A stretch of 64,000 bases of DNA from an uncultured Gemmatimonadales bacterium (GCA_963697065.1 CAVOMQ010000001.1:386518-450517), one strand, 5' to 3'. Counted from the stretch's first letter, positions 27,682 through 38,014 are shown. A program made the numbers and translations. The notes: generated by a model from the letters alone, not told the origin.

Positions 27682-28962
27682 CTACTCGCCGGTCGGCAGC
27701 TCCGCGCCGCGCCGGCAATCCGCCTCGCCGTCCGTTCCCGCCTGCTTGCAGGCCGCCGCCCGCGCCGCCGGGTCGTTGACGTAGAGCACCGCGATCTCTT
27801 CCCCCACGGCGATGTAGCACTCCATCCGGCTGACACCGCGCGGCACCGCCGCGCAGAAGTCGAGTCCGTCCCGCGGCCGGCCGGTGACGTCGACGAAGTT
27901 CTTGGCGACCCCCTCGAAACAGAAGGGTTGATATCCCGGATCGCCATGGGAACAGTCCTGCACCGAGGCGCTGGTGTTGCGCATCGTCATGCCGCTGGCG
28001 TTGGTACCGAGCGAGAGATAGCACTGCGAACGGAGCAGCGGCGGTCCGACCCGGTCGCACACCGCCACCGCACGGGGAAAATCGCCATGGGTCCGTTCGA
28101 GGATGATCCCGCCCTGCAATTGATAGCACGCGAATTGATACACACTGTCGACCACCGAACAGGGATAGAGCGCGTCCGACGAGTCACGCATCCGGAACGT
28201 GATTTTCCCCGGGTCAGGCATCGGCATCCCCGCCATCGCGCCGCTGCCGCCTTCCATGTGCGCGGACGCGGTCAGCGCATCCATCGCCATGTGATGGCCA
28301 CCCGCCATCGACGCGACCTCGTTCTCCATGAATGCCCCGCCGTAGCACGACGACCGGTCCCACGAACTGTGCAACCAGTCGCACCCCCGCAGGGCACCGG
28401 GAAGATTCCACTGCATCGCCATGTCGAGACCATGCCCCAGGCCGTGCACGCACTGGAACCGCAGCCATCGGTCGGTATTGCCGGGAGCGATGGTGTCGCA
28501 CAGCCCGACCGCGTGCACCGAGTCGACCGAGCCGCCCTGGGTAAGAAAGGCCTGGATGACCCCGTGATAGCAGCCTGATTGGAACAGCCCGGTGCAGCTG
28601 CGGAAGATCGTCGCCACATCCGCGCCCGGCTGCCACGCGCGGATCCCGATCATGTGGGTATACCCGTGGCCGTCGAGCTCCACGTCGGGATGGTCGGCGG
28701 CGAGCACCGTGAGCGCGCCCAGGGCCACGTGCACCCGGTTGCTTCCCGCCAGTTGCACGAAATAGTCCTCGTAGCACGATTGCCGCGCGGAGTCGGCCAG
28801 CCGGCCGCACCGCGCCGCCGCGAACCGCGCCAACACCACCGTGTCCTTCCGGGCGGCAGCGGCGCCGATCTGGTCGGGCGTGGCGGTCTGCGGGCGGGCG
28901 CACGCGGCACCCGCCAGCAGCAACAGCGTCGCCGCGCGGGCACCCGTGCCGCGACGCGTCAT
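27682..28962 (-). CDS. Cysteine-repeat lipoprotein with a Met/His-rich loop, function unknown
   Basis: ATG at 28962 gives MTRRGTGARAATLLLLAGAAC (lipobox). About eight tandem modules of C-x(8-15)-C-[YFV]-x-[GSA]. Insert GGHHMAMDALTASAHMEGGSGAMAGMPMP. Confidence 0.7.
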   Translation of the reverse strand: MTRRGTGARAATLLLLAGAACARPQTATPDQIGAAAARKDTVVLARFAAARCGRLADSARQSCYEDYFVQLAGSNRVHVALGALTVLAADHPDVELDGHGYTHMIGIRAWQPGADVATIFRSCTGLFQSGCYHGVIQAFLTQGGSVDSVHAVGLCDTIAPGNTDRWLRFQCVHGLGHGLDMAMQWNLPGALRGCDWLHSSWDRSSCYGGAFMENEVASMAGGHHMAMDALTASAHMEGGSGAMAGMPMPDPGKITFRMRDSSDALYPCSVVDSVYQFACYQLQGGIILERTHGDFPRAVAVCDRVGPPLLRSQCYLSLGTNASGMTMRNTSASVQDCSHGDPGYQPFCFEGVAKNFVDVTGRPRDGLDFCAAVPRGVSRMECYIAVGEEIAVLYVNDPAARAAACKQAGTDGEADCRRGAELPTGE

Positions 28963-29276
28963 GTCTTGCGCGTCCACCGGTCGGCGTCGCGCACTTCGAT
29001 CTTGCGCATCATCCGGTCGAACGCCTCCTGCAGGTCGATTCCCTCGCGATTGGCGATGCAGATCAACACGAAGAGAACATCCGCGATTTCCAGCGCCATG
29101 TCACCGGGCGGTTCGTCCGGCTTCTTCGTCTTCTCACCGTACCGGTGATTGATTTCGCGCGCCAGCTCGCCGACCTCCTCGGTCAACCGGGCCAGGTTCG
29201 TGAGCGGCGGGAAGTACCCCGCCTCGAACTGGCCGATCCATGCGGCCACGCGCTCCTGCGCATCCGATAGCGACAT
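28959..29276 (-). CDS. MazG-type nucleotide pyrophosphohydrolase (small single-domain form)
   Basis: ATG at complement of 29274-29276. LTEEVGELAREI ... ALEIADVLFVLICIAN (EExxE/ExxD helices). Confidence 0.75.
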   Translation of the reverse strand: MSLSDAQERVAAWIGQFEAGYFPPLTNLARLTEEVGELAREINHRYGEKTKKPDEPPGDMALEIADVLFVLICIANREGIDLQEAFDRMMRKIEVRDADRWTRKT

Positions 29277-29425
29277 CTCAGGCGGTCCTGTTGCCAATGG
29301 AGACGGTGGGGACCGGGGTGGCGACGGCAAGCGGCATCATGGTTTCCGGTCAGGTCGCGGGAAGTGGCAATCCGTGTAGCTTTGGGCACCGGGTCGAAAC
29401 GTTCCAGCCGTCGAGGACTTCGTTC

Positions 29426-29674
29426 TTGCGCTCCAGAGACCGGATACTCAACAACCTCGAGCAAATCTATCGCGAGTCGTACGATCGCGCCCGTCAGGCC
29501 GACGACGCCGTGCGGATGGCCGACCTCGACAACTCCTATATGCGCGATCAGCTCATGCTCGAGATCCTGCTCGACATCCGCGACCTGTTCGCCGTCACCC
29601 CCGCCGCGCCCACCACCTCCGGCAAGACCGCACTCGAACAGCTGGCGGCCCTGAGGCGACTCGCCGGCCGCTGA
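29426..29674 (+). CDS. Small hypothetical protein (weak call)
   Basis: TTG at 29426 in ORF 29240..29674. The helical LNNLEQIYRESYDRARQADDAVRMADLDNSYMRDQLMLEILLDIRDLF looks protein-like. No family recognised and the start is uncertain. Confidence 0.3.
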   Translation: MRSRDRILNNLEQIYRESYDRARQADDAVRMADLDNSYMRDQLMLEILLDIRDLFAVTPAAPTTSGKTALEQLAALRRLAGR

Positions 29675-29812
29675 CCCCTCCCATCACCACCCCGAGGACG
29701 ACCCCCGGCCCTTCCCCGCCGACCGCTCCCGGGCCAGAGGGGTGCGCATGACGATCGTTGCAGGTAAGATCGTGTGGCGGAGGGACGTTACCGGCCCGAT
29801 CACGGAGCGACG

Positions 29813-31006
29813 ATGGCATTGAAGGCATTCCTGGGCGTGGCGGTCGTGCTGTCCACGCCCGTGGCGCTTGCTGCGCAGGGAAAAATCGATCTTCCCGTCT
29901 CACGAGCCGAACTCGAACACCGCGTCAAGGCCGATTCCAACGACGCCGCCGCGCACTACAACGTCGCCGTCGCGTACTGGAACGACCGGCGCTGGGCCGA
30001 CGTGGAACGTGAACTGCGCGCCGCCGTCACCCTCGACCCCCGGCTGGCCGTGGCCCACCTCGCGCTCTCGCAGGTGCCATTCGTGCGGGATCCGCAATTC
30101 GCGGAGAAGCTCAGCAGCGCCACCGGGGCCCGCGCCGATTCGCTCAGGCGCATCGTCGAAGACGTCGATCATGAATACCGGCTGGCGTTCCTGATCGATC
30201 CGCTTGTCGACATCCGGATTCTGGCGGCGGCCGTCTCCAATTCGGTTTCGGAGGCGGACGCGCGGGCCGCGCTCGGCCAGGCGTTCGGCGATTTCTACGG
30301 CGGACTGATCAACTGCTTCGAGGGACACTACACCGCCTGCGAATCCGGGCTGAACGCCTACCTGGCGGACGAGAACGGTGCCATGGGGCAGCCGTCCACG
30401 GAGGTCTACTGGTTCCTGGGACTCGCCGCCGCGCACGACCAGCACTACGACGACGCCATCCGGGACTTCCAGACCCTGATCGACCGGGAACAGAACGCGG
30501 CGAAGAAGACGGAGCAGAAGGACGTGGTCCGCGTCCCGCTGCGATCCAACGAGTACCGCTATTTCATCGCCGTCTTCGACCACGCCGCCGGCAATACCGA
30601 TGAGGCGTTGTCGATGTACCGGCAAGTGCTCCAGAACGACATCGGCCTGTTCATGGCCCACGTCCGCATGGCTGATATCTACGAAGCGCGTCACGACTAT
30701 GCCCATGCCGTCGAGGAACGGCGCAACGCCGTCAATGCCGATCCCGACGACGCCACCCTGCAGCGCGACCTCGGCGTGACGTTGGGCAAGTCAGGGGATT
30801 TCGCCGGTGCCGCCCAGGCGCTCCAGGCCGCCGTCATGGCATTGCCGCGCGACGCCGAGTCGTGGTTCTGGCTCGGTCTGGCGGACGAACAACTGGGAAA
30901 GAAGGCCGATGCCCGCGATGCCTATCGCAAGGTGATTGCGCTGGCGCCGAGCCGGCTGGTGGCACGCGTCGCCCAGGCAAGGCAGCATCTGGACGCCCTC
31001 AAGTGA
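29813..31006 (+). CDS. Exported tetratricopeptide (TPR) repeat protein
   Basis: ATG at 29813 with GGAG upstream. Signal MALKAFLGVAVVLSTPVALAAQ. Multiple TPR-like helices (AAAHYNVAVAYWNDRRWADVERELRAAVTLDP ...). Confidence 0.8.
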   Translation: MALKAFLGVAVVLSTPVALAAQGKIDLPVSRAELEHRVKADSNDAAAHYNVAVAYWNDRRWADVERELRAAVTLDPRLAVAHLALSQVPFVRDPQFAEKLSSATGARADSLRRIVEDVDHEYRLAFLIDPLVDIRILAAAVSNSVSEADARAALGQAFGDFYGGLINCFEGHYTACESGLNAYLADENGAMGQPSTEVYWFLGLAAAHDQHYDDAIRDFQTLIDREQNAAKKTEQKDVVRVPLRSNEYRYFIAVFDHAAGNTDEALSMYRQVLQNDIGLFMAHVRMADIYEARHDYAHAVEERRNAVNADPDDATLQRDLGVTLGKSGDFAGAAQALQAAVMALPRDAESWFWLGLADEQLGKKADARDAYRKVIALAPSRLVARVAQARQHLDALK

Positions 31007-32556
31007 AGACACGGACGCGGTGGATGGCGGCGGTGATACTCGCTGCGGCGACATCACGGGGCGCGCGCCTGACCGCGCAGACCTCGTCGTACGAAGACCT
31101 GCAGCGGTTCTCGGCGGTGCTCAACTTCATTCGCACCAACTACGTCGACTCGGTCACGTACCACACGCTGATACGCACCGCGATCGACGGGATGCTCAGC
31201 TCGCTCGACCCGCACAGCTGGTTCGCCTCGCAGGAAGATGCTGATCGGCTCACCGCCATCCAGCGCGGCGAAGTGGCGGTCACCGGTATTTCCGTCGAGA
31301 ATGTCGATGGCAGCGCGGTGGTTCTCGACGTCGTCGACGGCTCGTCCGCCGACCGAGCAGGCGTGCGGCCCGGCGATCGGCTGGTGACGCTCGATTCGCT
31401 GCCCACCGTCGGCATGACCGCGCAGGCCGTGGAACTGCGGCTCGCCGGGGAGCGCGGCAGCAAGGTCCGGGTGCACCTCGAACGCGGCACGCCACTCGAG
31501 CCCGACACGGTCACGGTCACGCTGAAGCGCGAAATGGCCAGACCGGTCTCGTCGGTTCGCATCACCCGGATGCTCGACAGCGTGACCGGCTACGTGAAGC
31601 TCGGCGAGTTCGGCGCCCGCTCGGCGCAGGAAGTCCACGACGCCATCAACCACCTGCGCGGCAAACACGCCAGGCAGCTCGTTCTCGACCTCCGCGGCAA
31701 TCCCGGCGGCATCGTGCAGCAGGCGGTCGACATGGCGTCGCAGTTCTTCCCCGCCCGGACCCTGGTGTTCACCACCAGGGGACGCCAGCCCTCGGCCAAC
31801 AAGGAGTACCGCACCACGGCGGACGGCGATTTCCGCGACTTGCCGCTGGTGGTCCTGGTCGACCAGGGAAGCGCCAGCGCCGCCGAAGCACTCACCGGCT
31901 CGCTGCAGGACCACGATCGCGCCATCGTCGCCGGCCGCAGAACGTTCGGCAAGGCGCTGATGCAGACCGAGTTCATCGTTCCTGACGGGATGATCATGCT
32001 CACCATCGGTCACGTGCTGTCACCCAGCGGACGCTACATCCAGCGTCCGTATACCGGACTGAAAGCGCAGCAGTATTACGCGTTCGCGGGCGACTCGGCG
32101 TGGCAGGACACCGGCCGCGCGTTCCACACTGATGACGGCCGCGTGGTCCGGGGCGGCGGCGGCATCGCACCCGACGTGCCGCTGCCCGCGCCGCCGTCCT
32201 TCCCACGCTGGCTCACCGTGGCCGTCGACAGTGGCTGGGATCGGGCCGTCGCCGACAGCGTCGCCGAGTCGATGGATTCGTCGTTGGCATCGCGCGCTTC
32301 GTGGATCGCCGGCAGCACGACATGGAACACACGCGTGTTGACCCCGCTTCTCGCGCGAATCCGGGGCAGGCTCCACCTCACCGCCGATGTCGACTCGGTG
32401 ACCGCCCGGTTCGCCGCGCGCCGTCTTGCGGCCGAGGCCGCCGCCGTGCGGTGGGGCGACGATGCGCGCGACGAACTGCTCCTCGTCTCCGATCCCGATC
32501 TCACCGCCGCCGTCGGTCTTTTCGCGCGGCACCGGGACATTCTCCGCAAGCCCTAG
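31003..32556 (+). CDS. S41 family C-terminal processing peptidase (PDZ domain)
   Basis: GTG at 31003 overlaps the upstream stop (GTGA). PDZ region GVRPGDRLVTLD. LVLDLRGNPGG and VDQGSASAAE (Ser nucleophile) motifs. Confidence 0.85.
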   Translation: MKTRTRWMAAVILAAATSRGARLTAQTSSYEDLQRFSAVLNFIRTNYVDSVTYHTLIRTAIDGMLSSLDPHSWFASQEDADRLTAIQRGEVAVTGISVENVDGSAVVLDVVDGSSADRAGVRPGDRLVTLDSLPTVGMTAQAVELRLAGERGSKVRVHLERGTPLEPDTVTVTLKREMARPVSSVRITRMLDSVTGYVKLGEFGARSAQEVHDAINHLRGKHARQLVLDLRGNPGGIVQQAVDMASQFFPARTLVFTTRGRQPSANKEYRTTADGDFRDLPLVVLVDQGSASAAEALTGSLQDHDRAIVAGRRTFGKALMQTEFIVPDGMIMLTIGHVLSPSGRYIQRPYTGLKAQQYYAFAGDSAWQDTGRAFHTDDGRVVRGGGGIAPDVPLPAPPSFPRWLTVAVDSGWDRAVADSVAESMDSSLASRASWIAGSTTWNTRVLTPLLARIRGRLHLTADVDSVTARFAARRLAAEAAAVRWGDDARDELLLVSDPDLTAAVGLFARHRDILRKP

Positions 32557-32619
32557 CACCGCGGCCGGGCCCGCCGCCGCTCTACCGCCGCACGCCATTC
32601 CGGGGCATCTTTGGCGATC

Positions 32620-34737
32620 ATGGCCACCCGGACCCAGACCCGCCCGAAGAGCGCCGCCAGGTTCGAAAAAGCGGACCTGCTCGAGATCTATCGGTTGATG
32701 CTCCTTTCCCGACGGATCGACGACAAGGAAATCCAGCTCAAGCGGCAGAACCGGATCTTCTTCCAGATTTCCAGTGCCGGACACGAGGCGGTGACAGTCG
32801 CCGCGTCCCGCGTCTTCCGCCCCGGCTACGACTGGTCCTACCTCTACTATCGTGATCGCGCCTACTGCCTGGGCCTCGGGATGACCGCCACCGAGCAGCT
32901 GCTCTCGGCGGTCGCGGCCGCCGACGACCCCAACTCCGGCGGCCGTCAGATGCCGTCGCACTGGGGGCACCAGGATCTCCGCATCGTCAGCACCTCGAGT
33001 CCCACCGGCACGCAATTCCTGCAGGCCGTCGGCGCTGCCGAGACCTGGCTCCGCGCCTCCGCCGACGAGCGCACCCGCGACCTCACCCCCGGCGACGAAG
33101 TCGTGCTCTGCACCGCGGGGGAAGGAACAACCAGCGAAGGCGAGTTCTGGGAGGCGCTGAATACGGCGTGCAATCTCGCGTTGCCGGTGGTCTTTCTGAT
33201 CGAAGACAACGGCTACGCCATTTCGGTCCCGGTCGAGGTCAACACCCCCGGTGGATCGATTTCGCATCTGGTGCGGTCGTTCCCGAATCTGCTGGTGCAG
33301 GAAGTCGACGGTTGCGATCCGCTGGCGTCGTACGACGTGATGTACCGGGCACACGAGTACGCCCGGCAGCGGAAGGGTCCGGCGTTCGTGCACGCCACCG
33401 TCATCCGCCCATATTCGCATTCGCTTTCCGACGACGAAGTGCAGTATCGGCCGCCCGCTGAACGCCAGGCCGACGCGGCACGCGATCCGCTCGTCACGTT
33501 TCCCCGCCGCCTCATCGAGCAGGGGATGGCCACCGAAGCGGAACTCGAACTCATTCGCGCCCAGGTCGACGAAGAAGTCGAGGTGGCCACGGGCGTGGCA
33601 CTCGCGGCGCCGCAGCCCACACCCGACACCATCTATCGCTACGTCTACTCGCCCGATGTCGACCCCACAGCCGAACCGTTCGATACTGAAGACGATCCCC
33701 AGTTCAGCGGCGACCCCACCACGATGGTCGACCTGCTCAACGCCTGCCTCCGCGACGAGCTCGCTCGCGATCCTCGCATCATGATCTTCGGCGAAGACAT
33801 CGCCGACGCTTCCCGCGAATCCAACCTCCCCGATGTGAAGGGCAAGGGCGGCGTATTCAAGGTCACTTGGGGACTGCAGCGGCAGTTCGGCGGCACGCGG
33901 GTCTTCAATTCGCCGCTGGCCGAGGCGAACATTGTCGGCCGCGCCATCGGGATGGCCACGCGAGGACTCAAGCCGGTGGTCGAGATCCAGTTTTTCGACT
34001 ACATCTGGCCGGCGTATATGCAGTTGCGCAACGAACTCCCCCTGGTGCGCTGGCGGTCGAACAACACGTTTTCGGCACCGGTCGTGGTCCGGGTCACCTA
34101 CGGCGGCTATCTCAAGGGCGGCGCCATCTACCACTCGCAGACCGGCGCGGTGATGTTCACCTCGATCCCGGGACTTCGCGTGGTCTGTCCGGCGACCGCG
34201 CTCGACGCCAACGGCCTCCTGCGCACCGCCATCCGCTGCGAGGATCCGGTCATCTTTCTCGAGCACAAACACCTCTACCGCCAGACCTACAACAAGTCGG
34301 CGTATCCCGGTCCCAACTTCATGATCCCGTTCGGCAAGGCACGGGTGGCGCACCCCGGGTCGGACGCGACGATCATCACCTACGGTGCGGTGGTGCAGCG
34401 CGCCGTCCAGGCGGCCAGGAACGTCGCGGCCGCCAGCGGCAAGAGCGCCGAAGTGATCGATCTCCGGTCGCTCAATCCGATCGACTGGGAAGCGATTGCC
34501 GAATCGGTGCGCCGGACCGGGCGGGTCATCGTGGCTTACGAGGATTCGCTGTCGTGGGGCTATGGCGCCGAGATCGCCGCGCGCATCGCCGGCGAACTGT
34601 TCGAGTGGCTCGACGCTCCGGTCCGCCGGGTGGCGTCGACCGACACGTTCGTGGCCTATGCCCCGGAACTCGAAGACGTCATCCTGCCGCAGGTAGGGAG
34701 CGTACAGACCGCGCTCGAGGAACTGTTGAGCTATTAG
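32620..34737 (+). CDS. Fused alpha/beta E1 component of a 2-oxoacid (branched-chain/pyruvate-type) dehydrogenase, ThDP-dependent
   Basis: N-terminal half has an E1-alpha ThDP motif ([17 protein letters not shown]...[12 protein letters not shown]). C-terminal half is E1-beta-like ([19 protein letters not shown], transketolase C-terminal domain). Confidence 0.85.
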   Translation: MATRTQTRPKSAARFEKADLLEIYRLMLLSRRIDDKEIQLKRQNRIFFQISSAGHEAVTVAASRVFRPGYDWSYLYYRDRAYCLGLGMTATEQLLSAVAAADDPNSGGRQMPSHWGHQDLRIVSTSSPTGTQFLQAVGAAETWLRASADERTRDLTPGDEVVLCTAGEGTTSEGEFWEALNTACNLALPVVFLIEDNGYAISVPVEVNTPGGSISHLVRSFPNLLVQEVDGCDPLASYDVMYRAHEYARQRKGPAFVHATVIRPYSHSLSDDEVQYRPPAERQADAARDPLVTFPRRLIEQGMATEAELELIRAQVDEEVEVATGVALAAPQPTPDTIYRYVYSPDVDPTAEPFDTEDDPQFSGDPTTMVDLLNACLRDELARDPRIMIFGEDIADASRESNLPDVKGKGGVFKVTWGLQRQFGGTRVFNSPLAEANIVGRAIGMATRGLKPVVEIQFFDYIWPAYMQLRNELPLVRWRSNNTFSAPVVVRVTYGGYLKGGAIYHSQTGAVMFTSIPGLRVVCPATALDANGLLRTAIRCEDPVIFLEHKHLYRQTYNKSAYPGPNFMIPFGKARVAHPGSDATIITYGAVVQRAVQAARNVAAASGKSAEVIDLRSLNPIDWEAIAESVRRTGRVIVAYEDSLSWGYGAEIAARIAGELFEWLDAPVRRVASTDTFVAYAPELEDVILPQVGSVQTALEELLSY

Positions 34738-34743
34738 CGGGCG

Positions 34744-36651
34744 CTACATCGTTTCCTTCAACTCGGCCGCCGCGCCGATGACGTGATCGACGTCACGGCT
34801 CAGGGCCCGCGCCTGTTGCGTGGCCTGGGTCAGGTTGTTCAGCACCGCGCCCACGCCACTCTGCCGCAACCGCATCAGGTCCAGCCGGACGTTCTGCATC
34901 GCCAGCAGGCAACTCTCGAAGCGCTCCGAGAACTGCACCCGCCGCGCGGTCAATTCGCGGCACGCGCGCAACTGCTGCTCCAGCAGCGTGATCTGGCGGT
35001 CGCGCTCTTCTCCCTCGGGACGCTGGCGCAATTCCGCCAGGCGCGCCTCGATACGGTCCGCATCCTCGATACCCAGCGACTCCATCGAATGCAGCGTCTG
35101 CGCCAGCTGCGAGGCGCGTTCGTAGAGCGCGTCGGTGGTCTGCGCCACGTCGGGCAGCAGCTCCTTGTCGGCCGGGCTCAACTGGTTCATCAGGCTGAGG
35201 ATCATCCCGCGATCGCGGTGGACCTGTTCCATCCGGTCGCGATAGCGCCCGAAGAGTTCCGCTGTCGGCGCTGCGATCTGCTTGACGCCCTTGGCGTTCT
35301 TTCCGCCTGGGCCGATCGCGTCGGGAGCCGGTGGCCGGTGAATCACGTCGCGCCACGAGTACCCCGCCTGCCACAGTTCCGAGTAACGCCGGAACATCGG
35401 AATCGCCATGAAGCCCGCGACGACCAGTGACCACGGGTTGTGCGGTCCGCCTGCGACCATCATGTTGACCGCGAACAGACCGCCGCTGAGCGCGGCCCAG
35501 CGCCCGAAGTCGCGCCGCAGCCGCACCACCATCTGCGGCTCGCCGGTATCGCGCAGCGGCGCCTCGTCCCGGTTGCGCCGCGCCAGGCGCTGGTCGCGCC
35601 GCAGGTCTCGGCGACTTGCGCGCGAGTCCGGGTTCGTGTTCCGCCGCGGCAGCGGCGGGCGACTCGGTGCGCCGGCGGGCGGCTGCCCCGGTCGTGTCCG
35701 GGCACGATCCGGCAGCGGACGCGGCCGTGTGGGATGGAGCGGCTCGCGGGTCTGCGCCCGCCAGCCAAGGCCTGTCGGCCGGTATCCCGAAACGTTCCTC
35801 GATTCCAGCGCCCGCCGCAGCGCATCGGCAGATGACCATCGATTGGCCGGATCCTTCTCCAGGCACCGTGCCACCGTCAACGACAGGTCTTCTGGGATGT
35901 CCGGAAATTTCTCGTGCAGGAGCGGCGCCGGCTCCGTGATGTGCTTCATCAGGATGCCGGCAACCGTCGGCGCGTTGAACGGCAGTTCCCCGGAGAGCAT
36001 CTGATACGCCACCACGCCCAGCGAATAGAGATCGCTGCGCCCGTCGATCTCGCGCTCACCGGCGGCCTGCTCGGGCGACATGTACGACGGCGTGCCGATC
36101 GCCATGCCGGCGCTCGTCAGCGTCGAACCGCTGGTCGACGAAATCGCCTTCGCGATGCCGAAGTCCGTGACGACGACCCGGCCCCGCGTCCCTTCCAGCA
36201 GGATGTTGTCGGGCTTGATGTCGCGGTGAATGACCGACACCGCATGGGCGGCCGACAGCGCGTCGGCCGTTTCGCGCATGATGCGCCGGGTCTCATCCGC
36301 CGACACGCGGCCCCGCCGCCTGATCCGGGCCGCGAGTGACTCGCCTTCGATCAGCCCCATCACGAAGTAGACGACGCCATTCCCTTCGCCGACGTCGTGG
36401 ATCGGAACGATATGGGGATGGGACAGGCGCGCCGCCGTCTGCGCCTCGCGGGTGAAGCGCTGTCGGATCTCCGACGAAAAAGCCAGTTCCGGTGGCAGCA
36501 CCTTCACCGCCACCCGCCGCTGCAGCCGCTCGTCCCGGGCCCGGTACACCACGCCCATGCCACCGCGGCCGATCTCGCCCTCGATAGTGTAGGCGTCGCC
36601 GAGCGCCTCCTTCAGGAGCGTGGGCAGGGAGCGCTGGCTCGGCTCGGTCAT
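34744..36651 (-). CDS. Ser/Thr protein kinase with a TM segment and a long coiled-coil C-terminal domain
   Basis: ATG at complement of 36649-36651. GRGGMGVVY...VAVK (subdomains I-II), HRDIKPDN, DFG and SPE motifs. Confidence 0.9.
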   Translation of the reverse strand: MTEPSQRSLPTLLKEALGDAYTIEGEIGRGGMGVVYRARDERLQRRVAVKVLPPELAFSSEIRQRFTREAQTAARLSHPHIVPIHDVGEGNGVVYFVMGLIEGESLAARIRRRGRVSADETRRIMRETADALSAAHAVSVIHRDIKPDNILLEGTRGRVVVTDFGIAKAISSTSGSTLTSAGMAIGTPSYMSPEQAAGEREIDGRSDLYSLGVVAYQMLSGELPFNAPTVAGILMKHITEPAPLLHEKFPDIPEDLSLTVARCLEKDPANRWSSADALRRALESRNVSGYRPTGLGWRAQTREPLHPTRPRPLPDRARTRPGQPPAGAPSRPPLPRRNTNPDSRASRRDLRRDQRLARRNRDEAPLRDTGEPQMVVRLRRDFGRWAALSGGLFAVNMMVAGGPHNPWSLVVAGFMAIPMFRRYSELWQAGYSWRDVIHRPPAPDAIGPGGKNAKGVKQIAAPTAELFGRYRDRMEQVHRDRGMILSLMNQLSPADKELLPDVAQTTDALYERASQLAQTLHSMESLGIEDADRIEARLAELRQRPEGEERDRQITLLEQQLRACRELTARRVQFSERFESCLLAMQNVRLDLMRLRQSGVGAVLNNLTQATQQARALSRDVDHVIGAAAELKETM

Positions 36652-36931
36652 TGCGATCCTGAGACGCGGAAGAGAGGCGTGGACTAAACCACGAATCTGC
36701 ACCGAGATGCGCCCGCGAGCAACGTGCCGCGAGCCCCTGCCGCCGCGACAGCCAATGCCGGTTCTGCGCTCTCGATCGTGCCCCTCTGGCGGGCCGCGTT
36801 CGTCTCCTCGGCCAGCCAGGCAGGCTTTTCGACCCGGCGTCTGGCATGGCGAATGCGCCATCTTTCGGCGGGTTCACAGGCCCCGCTCCATCCGGACGGG
36901 CCACCCGACCCAATGGAAGGAGTCAAGACTT

Positions 36932-38014
36932 GTGACTGACCGTATGACCATTCCGGTTCTCCCCCTGCGGGATGTCGTGCTGTTCCCCGGGGTGACCGCG
37001 CCGATCGGCGCGGGCCGGCCGATGACCATCAAGGCCATCGAAGCGGCCCTGGCCACCCCGGAAAAACTGGTGTTCGCCGTCGCGCAGCGTGAGAACGTCG
37101 AGTCGGTCAATCCTGACGGACTCTACGGCATAGGTACCATCGCCAAGATCGGGCAGCTGCAGCGCGGGTTGTCCGGCATGCAGCTGCTGCTGCACGGCGA
37201 GCGGCGCGCCATGACCCTGCACATTGCCGACGACCACGGGCATCTCACCGCGACCATTCGGCCGCTCGACGATCTCCCGCCGGTCGACGCCAACGACGCC
37301 GGCTTCGTGGCACTGCACCGCGAGCTGCGTGCCCGTTCCGCCGAGCTCGGCCAGAAATCCGGATTGCCGGAAGACGTCGTCCAGCAGGTGCTGAATGGCG
37401 TCGACGAACCGGGCCGGTTCGCTGATCTCGTCGCCGGGTATCTCGATCTCGAAACACCCCAACGGCAGGCGCTGCTCGAAACGCTCGCCGTCGACGACCG
37501 CCTCCGCCGCGTGCTGGTGCACGTGCAGCGGCAGATCGCCGTGCTCGACGCCCAGGAAGACATCAAGAACCAGGTGCAGGAAGAGCTGGGCGAGCGCCAG
37601 CGTGAGGTGTACCTCCGCGAGCAGCTCAAGACCATCCGGCGTGAACTCGGCGACGAGGACGAATCGAGCGACGTTGACGAACTGGAGCAGCGTCTGGCCA
37701 AACTCGAGCTTCCCGAAGAGGCCCGGAAGGAGATCGACCGCGAGCTCTCCCGCCTCCGGCGCACCAGCCGCGAGTCGATGGAAGCGCAGGTCATTCGCAC
37801 CTATCTGGAACACGTCGTGGAGCTTCCCTGGAACGAGCGCACGGCGGAGCGGCTCGATCTCCCCGAGGCGGCCAAGATTCTCGACGAGGATCACTACGCA
37901 CTGGGTGACGTGAAGGACCGCGTGCTGGAATTCCTGGCGGTGCGTGCCATGCGCGCCCGGCGGGACGAGGGCGCGGCGGCACCCGCCGATGCCGCCGTCA
38001 CAGGCCGCCGGTGA
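36932..38014 (+). CDS. lon: Lon protease, N-terminal (LON substrate-binding) segment; reading frame ends prematurely
   Basis: GTG at 36932, 9 nt after AAGGAG (ATG at 36944 is an alternative). [15 protein letters not shown], coiled-coil region, [27 protein letters not shown]. Stops at 38012-38014 just before the expected Walker A. Confidence 0.85.
   Translation: MTDRMTIPVLPLRDVVLFPGVTAPIGAGRPMTIKAIEAALATPEKLVFAVAQRENVESVNPDGLYGIGTIAKIGQLQRGLSGMQLLLHGERRAMTLHIADDHGHLTATIRPLDDLPPVDANDAGFVALHRELRARSAELGQKSGLPEDVVQQVLNGVDEPGRFADLVAGYLDLETPQRQALLETLAVDDRLRRVLVHVQRQIAVLDAQEDIKNQVQEELGERQREVYLREQLKTIRRELGDEDESSDVDELEQRLAKLELPEEARKEIDRELSRLRRTSRESMEAQVIRTYLEHVVELPWNERTAERLDLPEAAKILDEDHYALGDVKDRVLEFLAVRAMRARRDEGAAAPADAAVTGRR

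Noticed and set aside
32020-34353. 777-aa minus-strand ORF
   Set aside because: It is antisense to the S41 peptidase and the fused E1 genes, both of which carry clear catalytic motifs. Its own composition is low-complexity.
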